A stretch of 64,000 nt of DNA from positions 111,044,001 to 111,108,000 of the forward strand of contig NC_086107.1 in NCBI RefSeq assembly GCF_963921235.1. The letters run 5' to 3'. The stretch comes from Mobula hypostoma (taxonomy: Eukaryota). A model generated the notes under the pieces. The model saw nothing but the letters and a program-made list of their open reading frames with translations. It had not been told where the DNA came from and ran no database searches. The position numbers and the translations under genes are program-made. Of this stretch, positions 53,790 to 64,000 are shown piece by piece (position 1 is the first letter of the stretch; each line of letters starts with the position of its first letter).

Positions 53790-54170
53790 AAGTCAGACCT
53801 GTTGTCACGCGTTCCGCTGTTGGTCGGGGTCGATCATGGATGTTGTGTCCTTGCAGTCAAGATGATACACAGACTGGGGCAGTACGATATGGAAAGCAAA
53901 CTGTTGCCCGTGCAGCAGGCTCCCCTTCTCCACCCAGCTGATGAATCCAAAGGAACGGCAGAGACCGGTATAGTTTGGCAGGGGCAGTGTCGCAGGAGTT
54001 GCCAGTCAGCAGTGAACTCAGAGCAGGACTGCCTTAGGGACTCAGGCTCCGGATGTTTCCTCGGAGTTTACTCCCGAAGCCTTCCCCATGAGTACAGGCA
54101 GCTTAGGTTTGAGATCAGGCTTTTCCTTCTCCGAGGTGAGCTGCCAACCATAGCTGATGAGCCCCATCCA
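53790..54170 (-). mobile_element. Probable non-autonomous RTE-like element
   Basis: Shares a diverged block with the body of the SINE at 9550-9865. The RTE assignment comes from recalled similarity to RTE 5' UTRs and is unverified. Confidence 0.45.
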
Positions 54171-55419
54171 TAAGGGCTTCTAATTACACAAAAACCTGAA
54201 GAAACCTGCCAACTGACTAACAGAACTTGTTAACATAGTTAATTAAATGCATAAGAATCGTACAACATTTAAATGCCACGCGGAGAGTCGGGTGCAGAAA
54301 GATCCCTCCATTGGCTGGTATAGGCAAAATGAGGGTCTGGTAAGACACTGGCACACTCGGGTGCAGTGGTCAGTCTAGGCCCAATCAAAAGGCGTAAATG
54401 TCGTCCTTTACATCGTTTTTATGAACGCAAGATACTAAGGACATTAAATACTGCAGGACGATGCCGTCGATGAGTTGCTGAATACCAATGTAGTTTGTCT
54501 TATTGCATACCGTTGTTGTGTTGTGGCCTGGACTTGTCGCGTACCATTGCGATGGCGTGGTGCGCGGCACGGGCGACTGTCTTCCATGTTTTTATCGGGA
54601 TCGCACGACCCTGTTGGACATTAGTCCGGTTCACAGGTTCGTTGGTGAAGCCGATGGTGGGGGAGCTGCATTGCCTCGGTTGTGGTGAGAACTAGGCCAT
54701 GGAGCTTAGACATTATGCCACAGGGTTTGCCTATTTCAACTGCCCAGGGGAGGAGACAACAGAGGCGGTGTGGGAGAGAGCAGAGGCCTCTTTGTGCGCG
54801 TTGTAGTCCATACTGGGTTGGGGGCTGGCCCCTCCCATTGATATTGCTCTCTCAGCACTGCCTCTGGTGTTTGCTCAGTGTTGCCCTTCAGTGTTCACTT
54901 GGTGGAAGAACAAGTTGGACCAGGACAACTCATCACCAATCTACAGGACATGCCACTCGGGGGGCTTCTTCTTCCTTGTGGCGGTTGTATGTTGTTCTAA
55001 AATCATAACCGTATGTGCTGTCTGTGATATGTGCTGTGTGCTGTCGGTAATGTGCTTTGCATCTTGGCTCCAGGGGAATGCTGTTTTGTTTGGCTATATT
55101 CATGTATAGTTGAATAACAATTAAATTTGAACTTGACATTGAACTTGAGATGGGCCAGTAGGAAATGGAATTGGTTTATTGTTGTCATTTGTACTGATGT
55201 ACTGTGATAAGCTTGCCTTTTACACTGTTCATACAGATCAAATCATTACCATAAGACCATAAGACATAGGAGTGGTATTAGGCCATCTGGCCCATGGTGT
55301 CTGCTCTGCCATTCCATCATGGCTGATTTATTATCCCTCTCAATCCCATTCTCCTGCCTTCTCCCTGTAAACTTTGACACCCTGACTAATCAAGAACCTA
55401 CCAACCTCCGCTTTAAATA

Positions 55420-56101
55420 TAGATTAGATTAGATTATGAGGACACTCAGTCCTCGTTTTATTGTCATTTAGAAAGGCATGCATTAAAAAATGATACAATG
55501 TTCCTCCAGTATGATATCACAGAAACACAAGACAGACCAAGACTAAAACTGACAAAAACCACATAATTATAACATATAGTTACAACAGTGCAAAGCAATA
55601 CTGTAATTTGATAAGAGCAGACCATGGGCACGGTAAAAAAAAGTCTCAAAGTCCCGATAGCCCAACATCTCACGCAGACGGTAGAAGGGAGAAAACTCTC
55701 CCTGCCATGAGCTTCCAGCGCCGCAAACTTGCCTGGAAGTACCTGACCACAGTCCAACTCTGAGTCTGTCTGAAAACTTCAAGCCTCTGACCAGCCCTCC
55801 GACACCGAGCACCGAGCACCGAGCACCGAGCACCATCTCTGCCGAGCGCTTTGAGCTCGGCCCCGGCCGCCGAGCAACAAGCAAAGCTGAGGATTCGGGG
55901 CCTTCCCCTCCGGAGATCTCGGATTACACAGTAGCGGCGGCAGCGAAACAAGCATTTCAGAAGTTTCACCAGATGTTCCTCCGTGCTCTCACATCTGCCT
56001 CCATCAAATCAGAATTGTGCACAGCCTCCTACTTGACAGATTACAGATATTCATCACCAGAGAGGCCACGCGCGCTGCATCGTGCCACCATCTTCTCCTC
56101 C
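55420..56101 (-). mobile_element. Non-coding ~650-bp retroposon, copy 3, inserted in a CR1 fragment
   Basis: Same ends as copy 1, with an internal (CACCGAG)n mini-repeat at about 55803-55830. Confidence 0.8.
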
Positions 56102-57574
56102 TGCCATCTAATGTACCCAATGACCTGGCCCCTACAGCCGTCTGAACCAATGAATTCCACAGATTCACACCCTCTGGCTAAGGAAATTCCTCCTCATCTC
56201 TGTTCTAAAGATATGTCCTTCTATTCTGAGGCTGTGCCCACTGTAGGAAACATTCTCTCCATGTCCGCTCTATCTAGGCCTTTGAATATCTGATAGATTT
56301 GGACTATAAGACCATAAGATATCGGAGTAGAATTAGGCCATTTGGTCCATCGAGTCTGCTCCACCATTTCATCATGGCTGATCCATTTTCCCTCTCAGCC
56401 CAATATCCTGCCTCTTCCCGTAATCCCTCATGCTTTGACTAACCAAGAACCTGTCCACCTCTGCCTTAAATACACCCAAAGCCTTGGCCTCCATAGCAGC
56501 CCATGGCAACAAATTCCAAAGATTCACCGCTCTTTCAATGAGATCCCCCTCATTCTTCCTAAACTCCAGTGAGTACAGAGTACAATTGAGGTAATACAAA
56601 GTAAAACAACAGCAGAATGCAGAATGCAGTGTAGCAACTGAGAGGAAGTACACTGCACGGAGACAGTAAGTTTCAAGATCATGACAAAGGGGATTGTGAG
56701 GTTGATAGTCAATTTTATTAGACTAGGGAACCACTCAACAGTGGTTAGAAGCTGAACTTGTATCTCGTGGTACCTGCTTTCAGGCTTTTGTATCTTCTGC
56801 CGCATTGGAGAGGGGAGAGGAGAGGATGGGTAGGGTCTTTGATTATGCTGGCGGCATTACTGAGGTAGTGAGGTCTGTAGACAGAGCCCATGAAGCATGG
56901 CTGCTTATTTGTAGCGTCATTCATTCCTTCAATAAGAAAAGGCAAATATTCAAGCCAGTTAAGGCTAATTTTAGTTCTTCTACTAAGATGGCTTCATAAA
57001 TTAAGAAATAGACTCCCAGATGGAACACTGGAGGAGACTCATTTAATTAAAAATTGGATGATGTGGTGGGTGAGTGTGGAACCAGGGGGTTGAAAGTTGG
57101 AACGAACATTTTCCCATCGGCACAGAGCCATCCCTTCAGCCCTCCTGAGCTTACTCCTCATCATAATTACCTTGTGTTCTTGGGAAAGGGACTCCATTCT
57201 AATTAGCAGTGTGACACAATGTGACGTCAGCTCAAGAGATACCTAAATTTAGTCTGGTTTGTGGTTAACGATTTGATATTTAAATACTGTCTTTGTCTCT
57301 TTGTATGGTTCTCTGGGTCCTGGTTTAAATCCAGGCAAGGTTAGTGTTGTCCACGCTCGCCGACTTAACCAATTTCCCCTGGGATCAATAAAGTATGACT
57401 GAATGGCAGGAGGTGAGTTTGGTCACTGCTGTCAATAGCTACTGTATTGAGAGTCTCCCTGGACAACAGTGTGGCCCTTCTGAAACGTGTGTTCGGTTCA
57501 GACTTGGCCAAGCCAGTAAGTAATGAATAAGCAACTCACACTGGGAGTTATGCTCCTGTCCCTGACTTCCTTGT

Positions 57575-58530
57575 TGGAAGTTTGCGTGGATTTGGCACGT
57601 CGGCTAAAACTTTGACAAACTTCTGTCGATGGACATTGGAGAGTATCCTCCAATGTTGCATCACGGCCTGGTATGGAAACACCAATGCCCAGCAATAGAA
57701 AGGCGCACAAAAAATTAGTGGATACAGCCCAGTCCTTCACAGGCAAAGCCCTCCCCATCATTGAGTACATCTGCTTGGAGCACTGCCACAAAAAAGTGGC
57801 GTCCATCATTAAGGAGCCCACCATCAAGGTCATGCTCTCTTCTCACTGCTGCCATTGGGAAGGGGGTACAGGAGCCTTAGCTCCCATGACACCAGGTTCA
57901 AGAACAAGTGTTTTCCTTCAGTCATCAGGTCTTGAACCAGTGAGGTTAACTTCGCTCACCTCAACACTGAACTGATTCCATAACCTATGGACTCACTTTC
58001 CAGGACTCAACAACTCATGTTCTTAATATTATTTATTTTTCTTTCTTTCTTTCTTTCTTATTCATTCATTCATTCATTCATTCATTCATTTATTTATTTA
58101 TTTATCTATTGTGGATCTTTTTTGGTATTCTCACAATTCGTCTTCCTCTGCGTGTTGGTTGTCAGTCATTGTGTGTAGTTTTTCATTGATTCTTTGCTCT
58201 ACTGTGAATGCCTGCAAGAAAATGAATCTCAGAGTAATATCTGGTGGTGTATACATTACTTACTTAAGCCCAAGTCCCCTACTGGGAAACAGGCCATCGA
58301 CAACAATTCACCAGAGTCCTCTGTCCTGTGCCTCCCCAGGAGTAGCCCATCCTGGTGTATCCTTCCTCTCCTAGGGGATGAGGTCTTTGAAGCTTCTGTT
58401 GGTGTCTCTGTAGCTCTGGGTTTTTATGGGATGGGATTGCCAGTCTCTTGCCCAGCCCTCCTCCTTTCGCAGTCGGGCTTGGCAGAGTTAGACATGTACA
58501 TACTTCAATAATAAATCTGCTTTGAACTTT
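57575..58530 (+). mobile_element. Rex1/Babar-type LINE 3' fragment with an internal insertion (~58255-58490)
   Basis: Peptide KKLVDTAQSFTGKALPIIE..KVASIIKEP and the shared tail. Confidence 0.7.
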
Positions 58531-59259
58531 TGATGCTAACATTCCTGATCTTGAGGAACAAAAAAAAACACCGAGGGGAGCAAGTAATCTCCCTCTGGAA
58601 TGTGGGCAATAGATTAAATCTTAGTATGCAGGTGGGACCCAGCCACTTGTCATTATAGCATCTTGCATCCAAATTTCAGGAGTTTATTGAACTGGTGTCG
58701 GAATAATCATCCAAAGTGTTTTTATTTTGGACTTTGGAGTGTGAAGTCGGCGCCAATTGCTGACCGGTGTCAGTCTGAGTGGTAGATTCTGCATGGCTGT
58801 AGACTCTGCAGTTGTCTGCAGAGGCAGTGGTCCATTATTTCAAGTGGGAGGAGGAAGATCTGGTCACTACCAGCCTTGCTGGCTACAGCTTCCGGGAGTC
58901 TGACTCCATGGTTTCCCTCCCACCTGCTCCCCCTGGCCTGGCCTGTCTCCAATGCTGCCCACTCGCGACTGTCCTGGGATTGGCGGACCATCCCTGTGGG
59001 TGGGATGGAGGAATGGGGCTTATTCTGCGGTTCTTGTTTTGCTGCTTGGCATGTTCTGTTTTGTTCTGCTGAACATTGTGGACATGTTATGCTGGCACGG
59101 GAATGTGTGGCGACACTCGCGGGCTGCCCCCAGCACATCCTTGGATTGCGTTGGCTGTTAACCAGTTCACTAAGTGCTTCAATGTACATACGAATTTGAG
59201 TCTGAATTCTCTCTCCAATCTTCTACCACTGCGTAGTGGGCTACAGGGGTACTGAATGT

Positions 59260-59593
59260 ATCTCTCTCTCTCTCGCTCTCTCTCCCTCCCTCTTGCTCCC
59301 TGTCTCTCTCTCTCTCTCTCCTTCCCGTATACTAAATAAGTATATGACCATTGATATATATATATATACACATACACACACACACATACATACAGTATAT
59401 ATACACACACATGCATATTATAAGACTCCTGTACCTAATAAAGTGGCCACTGTGTGTACATTCATAGTCTTCTGCTGCTGTAAGCTATCCACTTCAAGGT
59501 CAAAGTCGCATTTCTTCCCTTATCCTGATGATATTTGGTCTGAACTCCAACTGAACCTCTGAACCAGGTCTTCATATACTGTATATATTTTCA

Positions 59594-59631
<38 letters not shown>
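59260..59631. repeat. (CT)n, (TA)n and (CA)n microsatellites
   Basis: Directly visible. Confidence 0.85.
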
Positions 59632-59635
<4 letters not shown>

Positions 59636-60104
59636 AGGTAGTGTATGTGGGACTATTGATGGCTGAGGGGAAGAAGCTGCCCCTGAGATGTTGACTGTGT
59701 GTCAGTGCAGTGTGGGGGGGGGGGGCGGTGGCGGTGTCACCCCGGACAGAATTGCTCCCACACCCTCAGGTAAATGCTCGAACACAGCAGTGGACATTAC
59801 AACTGTGTGCTCACACTCGCAAGCAAAATGGGCTGCTGACGACAGTGTGTAATTAATTTTCATTCACACAGTGTTCCTTTCTCGACTGTCTTTGGGGAGT
59901 CATTAACATATCATCAGATTCTTGTGTCTTTGCTGATGGAGATCAAGACTGTGCAGGTTCCCGGCAAAGTGGAGTTCAAGGGCATGTAATAAATTGTTTG
60001 CTGGTCGGGTTTTAGACCTCATTTTACTTTGATGTAATAAACAGTGTCAAAAACTCTCATTGTCTTCTGAGTACCTTCAGTACTCAGTACTCTCAGTACC
60101 TTCC

Positions 60105-60517
60105 GAATCTAATAAAGTGGCCACTGAGTGTATGTTCATGGTCTTCTGCTGCTGTAGCCCATCCATTTCAAGGTTCGACGTGATGTGCGTTCAGAGATGC
60201 TCTTCTGCACACCACTATTGTAACGTGTGGTTATTTCGCATCATTCTCTGTAAACTCCAGAGAGTGTTGTGTGTGAAAACCCTGGGAGATCAACGGTTTC
60301 TGAAATACTCAAGCCACCCCATCTGGCACCAACAATCATTCCACGGTCAAAGTCGCTTAGATCACACTTCTTCCCCATTCTGATGTTTGGTCTGAACCAG
60401 AACCGAACCTCTTGACCATGTCTGCATGCTTTTATGCACTGAGTTGCTGCCTCACGATTGGCTGATTAGATATTTGCATTAATGAGCAGGTGTACCTAAT
60501 AAAGTGGCCATTGAGTG
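60105..60517 (-). mobile_element. Tc1 derivative (another fragment at ~59425-59570)
   Basis: Same TIR and interior as 2916-3488. Confidence 0.8.
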
Positions 60518-61101
60518 TAGCGTGTGGCAAACAGGAAAGCAGTCGAACCCGAAGGCACCGTTGCCGCATCGCTGGCATTACTGCCAGACCACTGGCAGCA
60601 TTGGTACTAGTAGTGGTGTTGTGATCACTCAAGTCGAGTTTGACATTCTCCTACTGCATTATTCCCTTAATTGAGAATGGCTCTGTGTGTGACTTTGGCG
60701 GGGGGGCAGGGGTGAGGCTGATGCATGGGCAGCCACCTTTACAGATCGGGGTCAGGGTCCATTGACATGGAAGATGAGATGACTGGGGACCATTCGCTGC
60801 TGCAGCCTTCTGTCATCTTCTCTGCCGTTGTGATGTGGCATCATCTCCTACCAGCCCCACCACCGAGCTCTTGGTTGGACGGCTCTTTGTCCGGAACCAC
60901 ACCATCCCCCTTGACCTCACCGCCAAGGGTGACCCTCCCAGGAGCTAAGCGCCAGATGGCAAAAGTCCAGACGGCATCGCTGTCGGGTTCTCAGGATTTC
61001 ACAGGACTCTCCACCGCCACGTGGTGACAATCCTCGTACAGTGTGACACGCACAGAGCCTCCAGTATAATCGTGCACGTGGGCACGTATGCTGGATTAAT
61101 G

Positions 61102-61557
61102 GTCATAGTCATACTTTATTGATCCCGGGGGAAATTGGTTTTTGTTACAGTTGCACCATAAATAATAAATAGTAATAAAACCATAAATAGTTAAATAGTA
61201 ATATGTAAATTATGCCAGGAAATAAGACCAGGACCAGCCTATTGGCTCAGGGTGTCTGACCCTCCAAGGGAGGAGTTCTAAAGTTTGATGGCCACAGGCA
61301 GGAATGACTTCCTATGACGCTCTGTGTTGCATCTCGGTGGAATGAGTCTCTGGCTGAATGTACTCCTGTGCCCACCCAGTACATTATGTAGTGGATGGGG
61401 GACATTGACCAAGATGGCATGCAACTTAGACAGCATCCTCTTTTCAGACACCACAGTGAGAGAGTCCAGTTCCATCCCCACAACATCACTGGCCTTACGA
61501 ATGAGTTTGTTGATTCCGTTGGTGTCTGCTACCCTCAGCCTGCTGCCCCAGCACACT
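61102..61557 (-). mobile_element. Rex1-type LINE 3' fragment (related end at 12863-13078)
   Basis: ORF 61278-61616 (INKLIRKASDVVG...HPLH...CNTERHRKSFLPVAIKL) and a tail gggatcaataaagtatgactatga. Confidence 0.75.
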
Positions 61558-61769
61558 GGAAAAGAGTCTGAAAAGTGGGTTAAGTGGAAGGAAGGTTTTG
61601 TGATCAGGATGTACAAGGGTTATTAGTTCATCATAGACAAGTTAAAGATTGCTCTATTTGTCAGATACATACAATGAATGAGTGTCATTTCCCCAAAGGC
61701 ACCCTAACTACAAGATAATGAATTAGCCCCCTTCTTGTTACATAATCTATAGTGTTTCATTGTGTGATG

Positions 61770-62440
61770 GATCAGACAGTCACATGTATATCAAAACATC
61801 AAAACATACAGTGAGAGGCGTTTCTGCGTCAACGACCAACACAGGCCGAGAATTGTGCCTGGCGGCAGCCCGCAGAACTCACTGCGTTTCCGCCGCCAAC
61901 ATAGCAAGCCCCCACCTCACTATCCCCAATCCACACATCTTTAGAATGTGAGAGGAAACCGGAGGTCCCGGAGGGAACCCACATGGTCACGGGAAGAGCG
62001 TACGTACAGACTGCGCGGGAGTCGATCCCTGATCTCACACAGCCGATGCTGTAAAGACATGCGCTGTCCTCTACGCTACCATGCTGACCATCGCTTGTTT
62101 TCCTGGCGGATGCCCAATGACCTGCTTCATGCCCCTGGCGTTCCAATAGATGCCGCTGGGGCGTCAGGGTGGCGTGGCGGGTTGGCGTTATCGCTCTACA
62201 GCGCGCCAGCTGTAAGATCAGGGTCCCGCCACTGTCTGTAAGGAGTTTCTCCTCGTGACCTTTTGAGGCTCATCCCACGTTCCAAAGGCGTGTGGGTTAG
62301 GGTGAGTAAGTCATGCGGTTGGGGCCCTGGAGTCGTGGCATCACCTGCGGGCTTCCCTCACGCCAATCCTCGCTGATTTGTTAGGACGCAAACTGCATGC
62401 TTCGATGTTTCGATGAACATGTGACATATAAAGCTAACTG
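61770..62440. mobile_element. Two diverged V-type SINEs head-to-head (61770-62085 minus, 62165-62440 plus)
   Basis: V-domain remnants in opposite orientations, just upstream of exon H. Confidence 0.65.
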
Positions 62441-62502
62441 TTAGTCGTCAGCTCCCTGCGCTCTGAGTAACCTGCTGTCTTATTACCCCCCTGTGCTTCC
62501 AG

Positions 62503-62741
62503 GAGACATGGAGGAGCTGGAAGCCCTCTGGCTGACCGGCATCTGTCACAACGAGAAGAACGAGGTGATGAGCAGCCAGCTGGATGTCGATAACATGGCG
62601 GGCGTGTTCTACATGCTGGGGGCTGCTATGACACTGAGCCTCCTCACCTTCATCTGCGAGCATCTCTTCTACTGGCAGCTACGACATTGCTTCATTGGCA
62701 CCTGCACGGGCAAACCCGGCCTCCTGTTCTCCGTCAGCAGG
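62503..62741 (+). CDS. GRIN2B: GluN2 exon H, 239 bp: end of S2, M4 and proximal CTD
   Basis: gcttccag|GA and AGG|gtaagg. Encodes [80 protein letters not shown]. Confidence 0.96.
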
Positions 62742-62904
62742 GTAAGGACACGCCCTTCCCTCCTTAAATAAAACTTCATATTTAACATTTAACCTGGCCT
62801 CCTGTTCTCCGTCAGCAGGGCAAGGCAACACCCTTACCTCTTCAAATTAAAATTTAAAATTTAAAATTTAACCTGGCCTCATGTTCTCAGTCAGCAGGGT
62901 AAGG
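62713..62904 (+). repeat. Tandem repeat (period 78-79 bp) containing three copies of the exon H 3' end and donor
   Basis: aaccyggcctcmtgttctcmgtcagcaggGYAAGG at 62713, 62791 and 62870. Confidence 0.92.
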
Positions 62905-63402
62905 CTGAACCTTTTCATCTCTGCTTTCTGCATCTGCGATGATATTGGTGTCTGAAAGCACCCACATAAGGTGTTAGAACATAGAACAGTACAGGCCCTT
63001 CAGCCCACAATGTTGTGCCGACCCTTTAACCCACTACTCACATACCCCTCCATTTTTCTTCCATCCATGTACCTATCAAAGTGCCTCTTAAATATGCCTA
63101 ATATATCTGACTCTACACCACCCCTGGCAACGCGTTCCATGCCCCTACCATTCTCTGTGTGAAAAAAACTACTTTTAACACACCCTCCCCATACTTTACT
63201 CCAAAGATCTTAAGAGTTATGCCTTCTCACTTTAGCTATTTTTACCCTGGGAAAAAGTCTGTGGCTGTCCACTCTACCTGTTTGTCTTATCATTACTGTA
63301 GAAAAAATAGAGTTCAGTCCCTTGGCCATCACCTGGTAACCTTGTAACCAGTCCCTGATGAACTGGAATTAGTAACAGGTTTATTATCACTGTTTATTAT
63401 GC

Positions 63403-64000
63403 TTTCTCCGTAACTTCCGCCACCTCCAACGGGATCCCACCACTAAGCACGTCTTTCCCTCCCCCCCCCCTGCATTCCGCAGGGATCGCTCCCTACGCAA
63501 CTCCCTTGTCCATTCGTCCCCCCCATCCCTCCCCACTGATCTCCCTCCTGGCACTTATCCATGTAAGCGGAACAAGTGCTACACATGCCCTTACACTTCC
63601 TTCCTTACCACCATTCAGGGCCCCAAACAGTCCTTCCAGGCGAGGCAACACTTCACCTGTGAGTCGGCTGGGGTGATATACTGTGTCCGGTGCTCCCGAT
63701 GTGGCCTTTTATATATTGGTGAGACCCGACGCAGACTGGGAGACCGCTTTGTTGAACACCTGCGCTCTGTCCGCCAGAGAAAGCAGGATCTCCCAGTGGC
63801 CACACATTTTAATTCCACATCCCATTCCCATTCTGACATGTCTATCCACGGCCTCCTCTACTGTAAAGATGAAGCCACACTCAGGTTGGAGGAACAACAC
63901 CTTATATTCCGTCTGGGTAGCCTCCAACCTGATGGCATGAACATCGACTTCTCTAACTTCCGCTAATGCCCCACCTCCCCCTCGTACCCCATCTGTTACT
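63403..64000 (+). mobile_element. Penelope-like 3' fragment with open GIY-YIG domain, running off the window
   Basis: ORF 63673-63966 (IYCVRCSRCGLLYIGETRRRLGDRFVEH...IDFSNFR*) is closely similar to the C-terminus of 1019-2254. Confidence 0.9.

Noticed and set aside
53938..53975. CTGATGA followed by a small stem (also near 54155)
   Set aside because: There is no GAAA/NUH half, so it is not a hammerhead.
62713..62904. Repeat-spacer-like pattern resembling CRISPR
   Set aside because: The context is eukaryotic, the repeat is the exon end, the spacers are related to each other, and there are no cas genes.

Overview
Eukaryotic (vertebrate) genomic DNA, most likely a cartilaginous fish; this is inferred from the CR1/Penelope/Rex-Babar/V-SINE repeat landscape. 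The + strand carries eight consecutive internal coding exons of an NMDA-receptor GluN2 subunit gene (GRIN2B-like): 422-627, 11007-11175, 13474-13627, 20601-20726, 26277-26506, 34378-34538, 49091-49278 and 62503-62741. All have GT-AG boundaries and splice in frame to 1473 nt / 491 codons, from the end of the ATD through S1, M1-M3, S2, M4 and the start of the CTD. The 5' exons and the final CTD exon lie outside the window. The introns are mostly transposon-derived: CR1 LINEs, Penelope-like elements (RT + GIY-YIG), Rex1/Babar fragments, tRNA-derived SINEs, Tc1/mariner derivatives, a solo LTR and microsatellites, often nested. The main observations are: (1) minimal type-I hammerhead-ribozyme motifs in the Penelope termini, plus short fold-back derivatives with 12-13 bp target-site duplications; (2) a GluN2 protein with a GluN2B-type pore and S2 but GluN2A-type S1 loop and exon lengths; (3) a tandem triplication of the M4-exon splice donor; (4) a composite MITE built from two palindromic mini-MITEs. 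There are no prokaryotic features, CRISPR arrays, rRNA or genuine tRNA genes.
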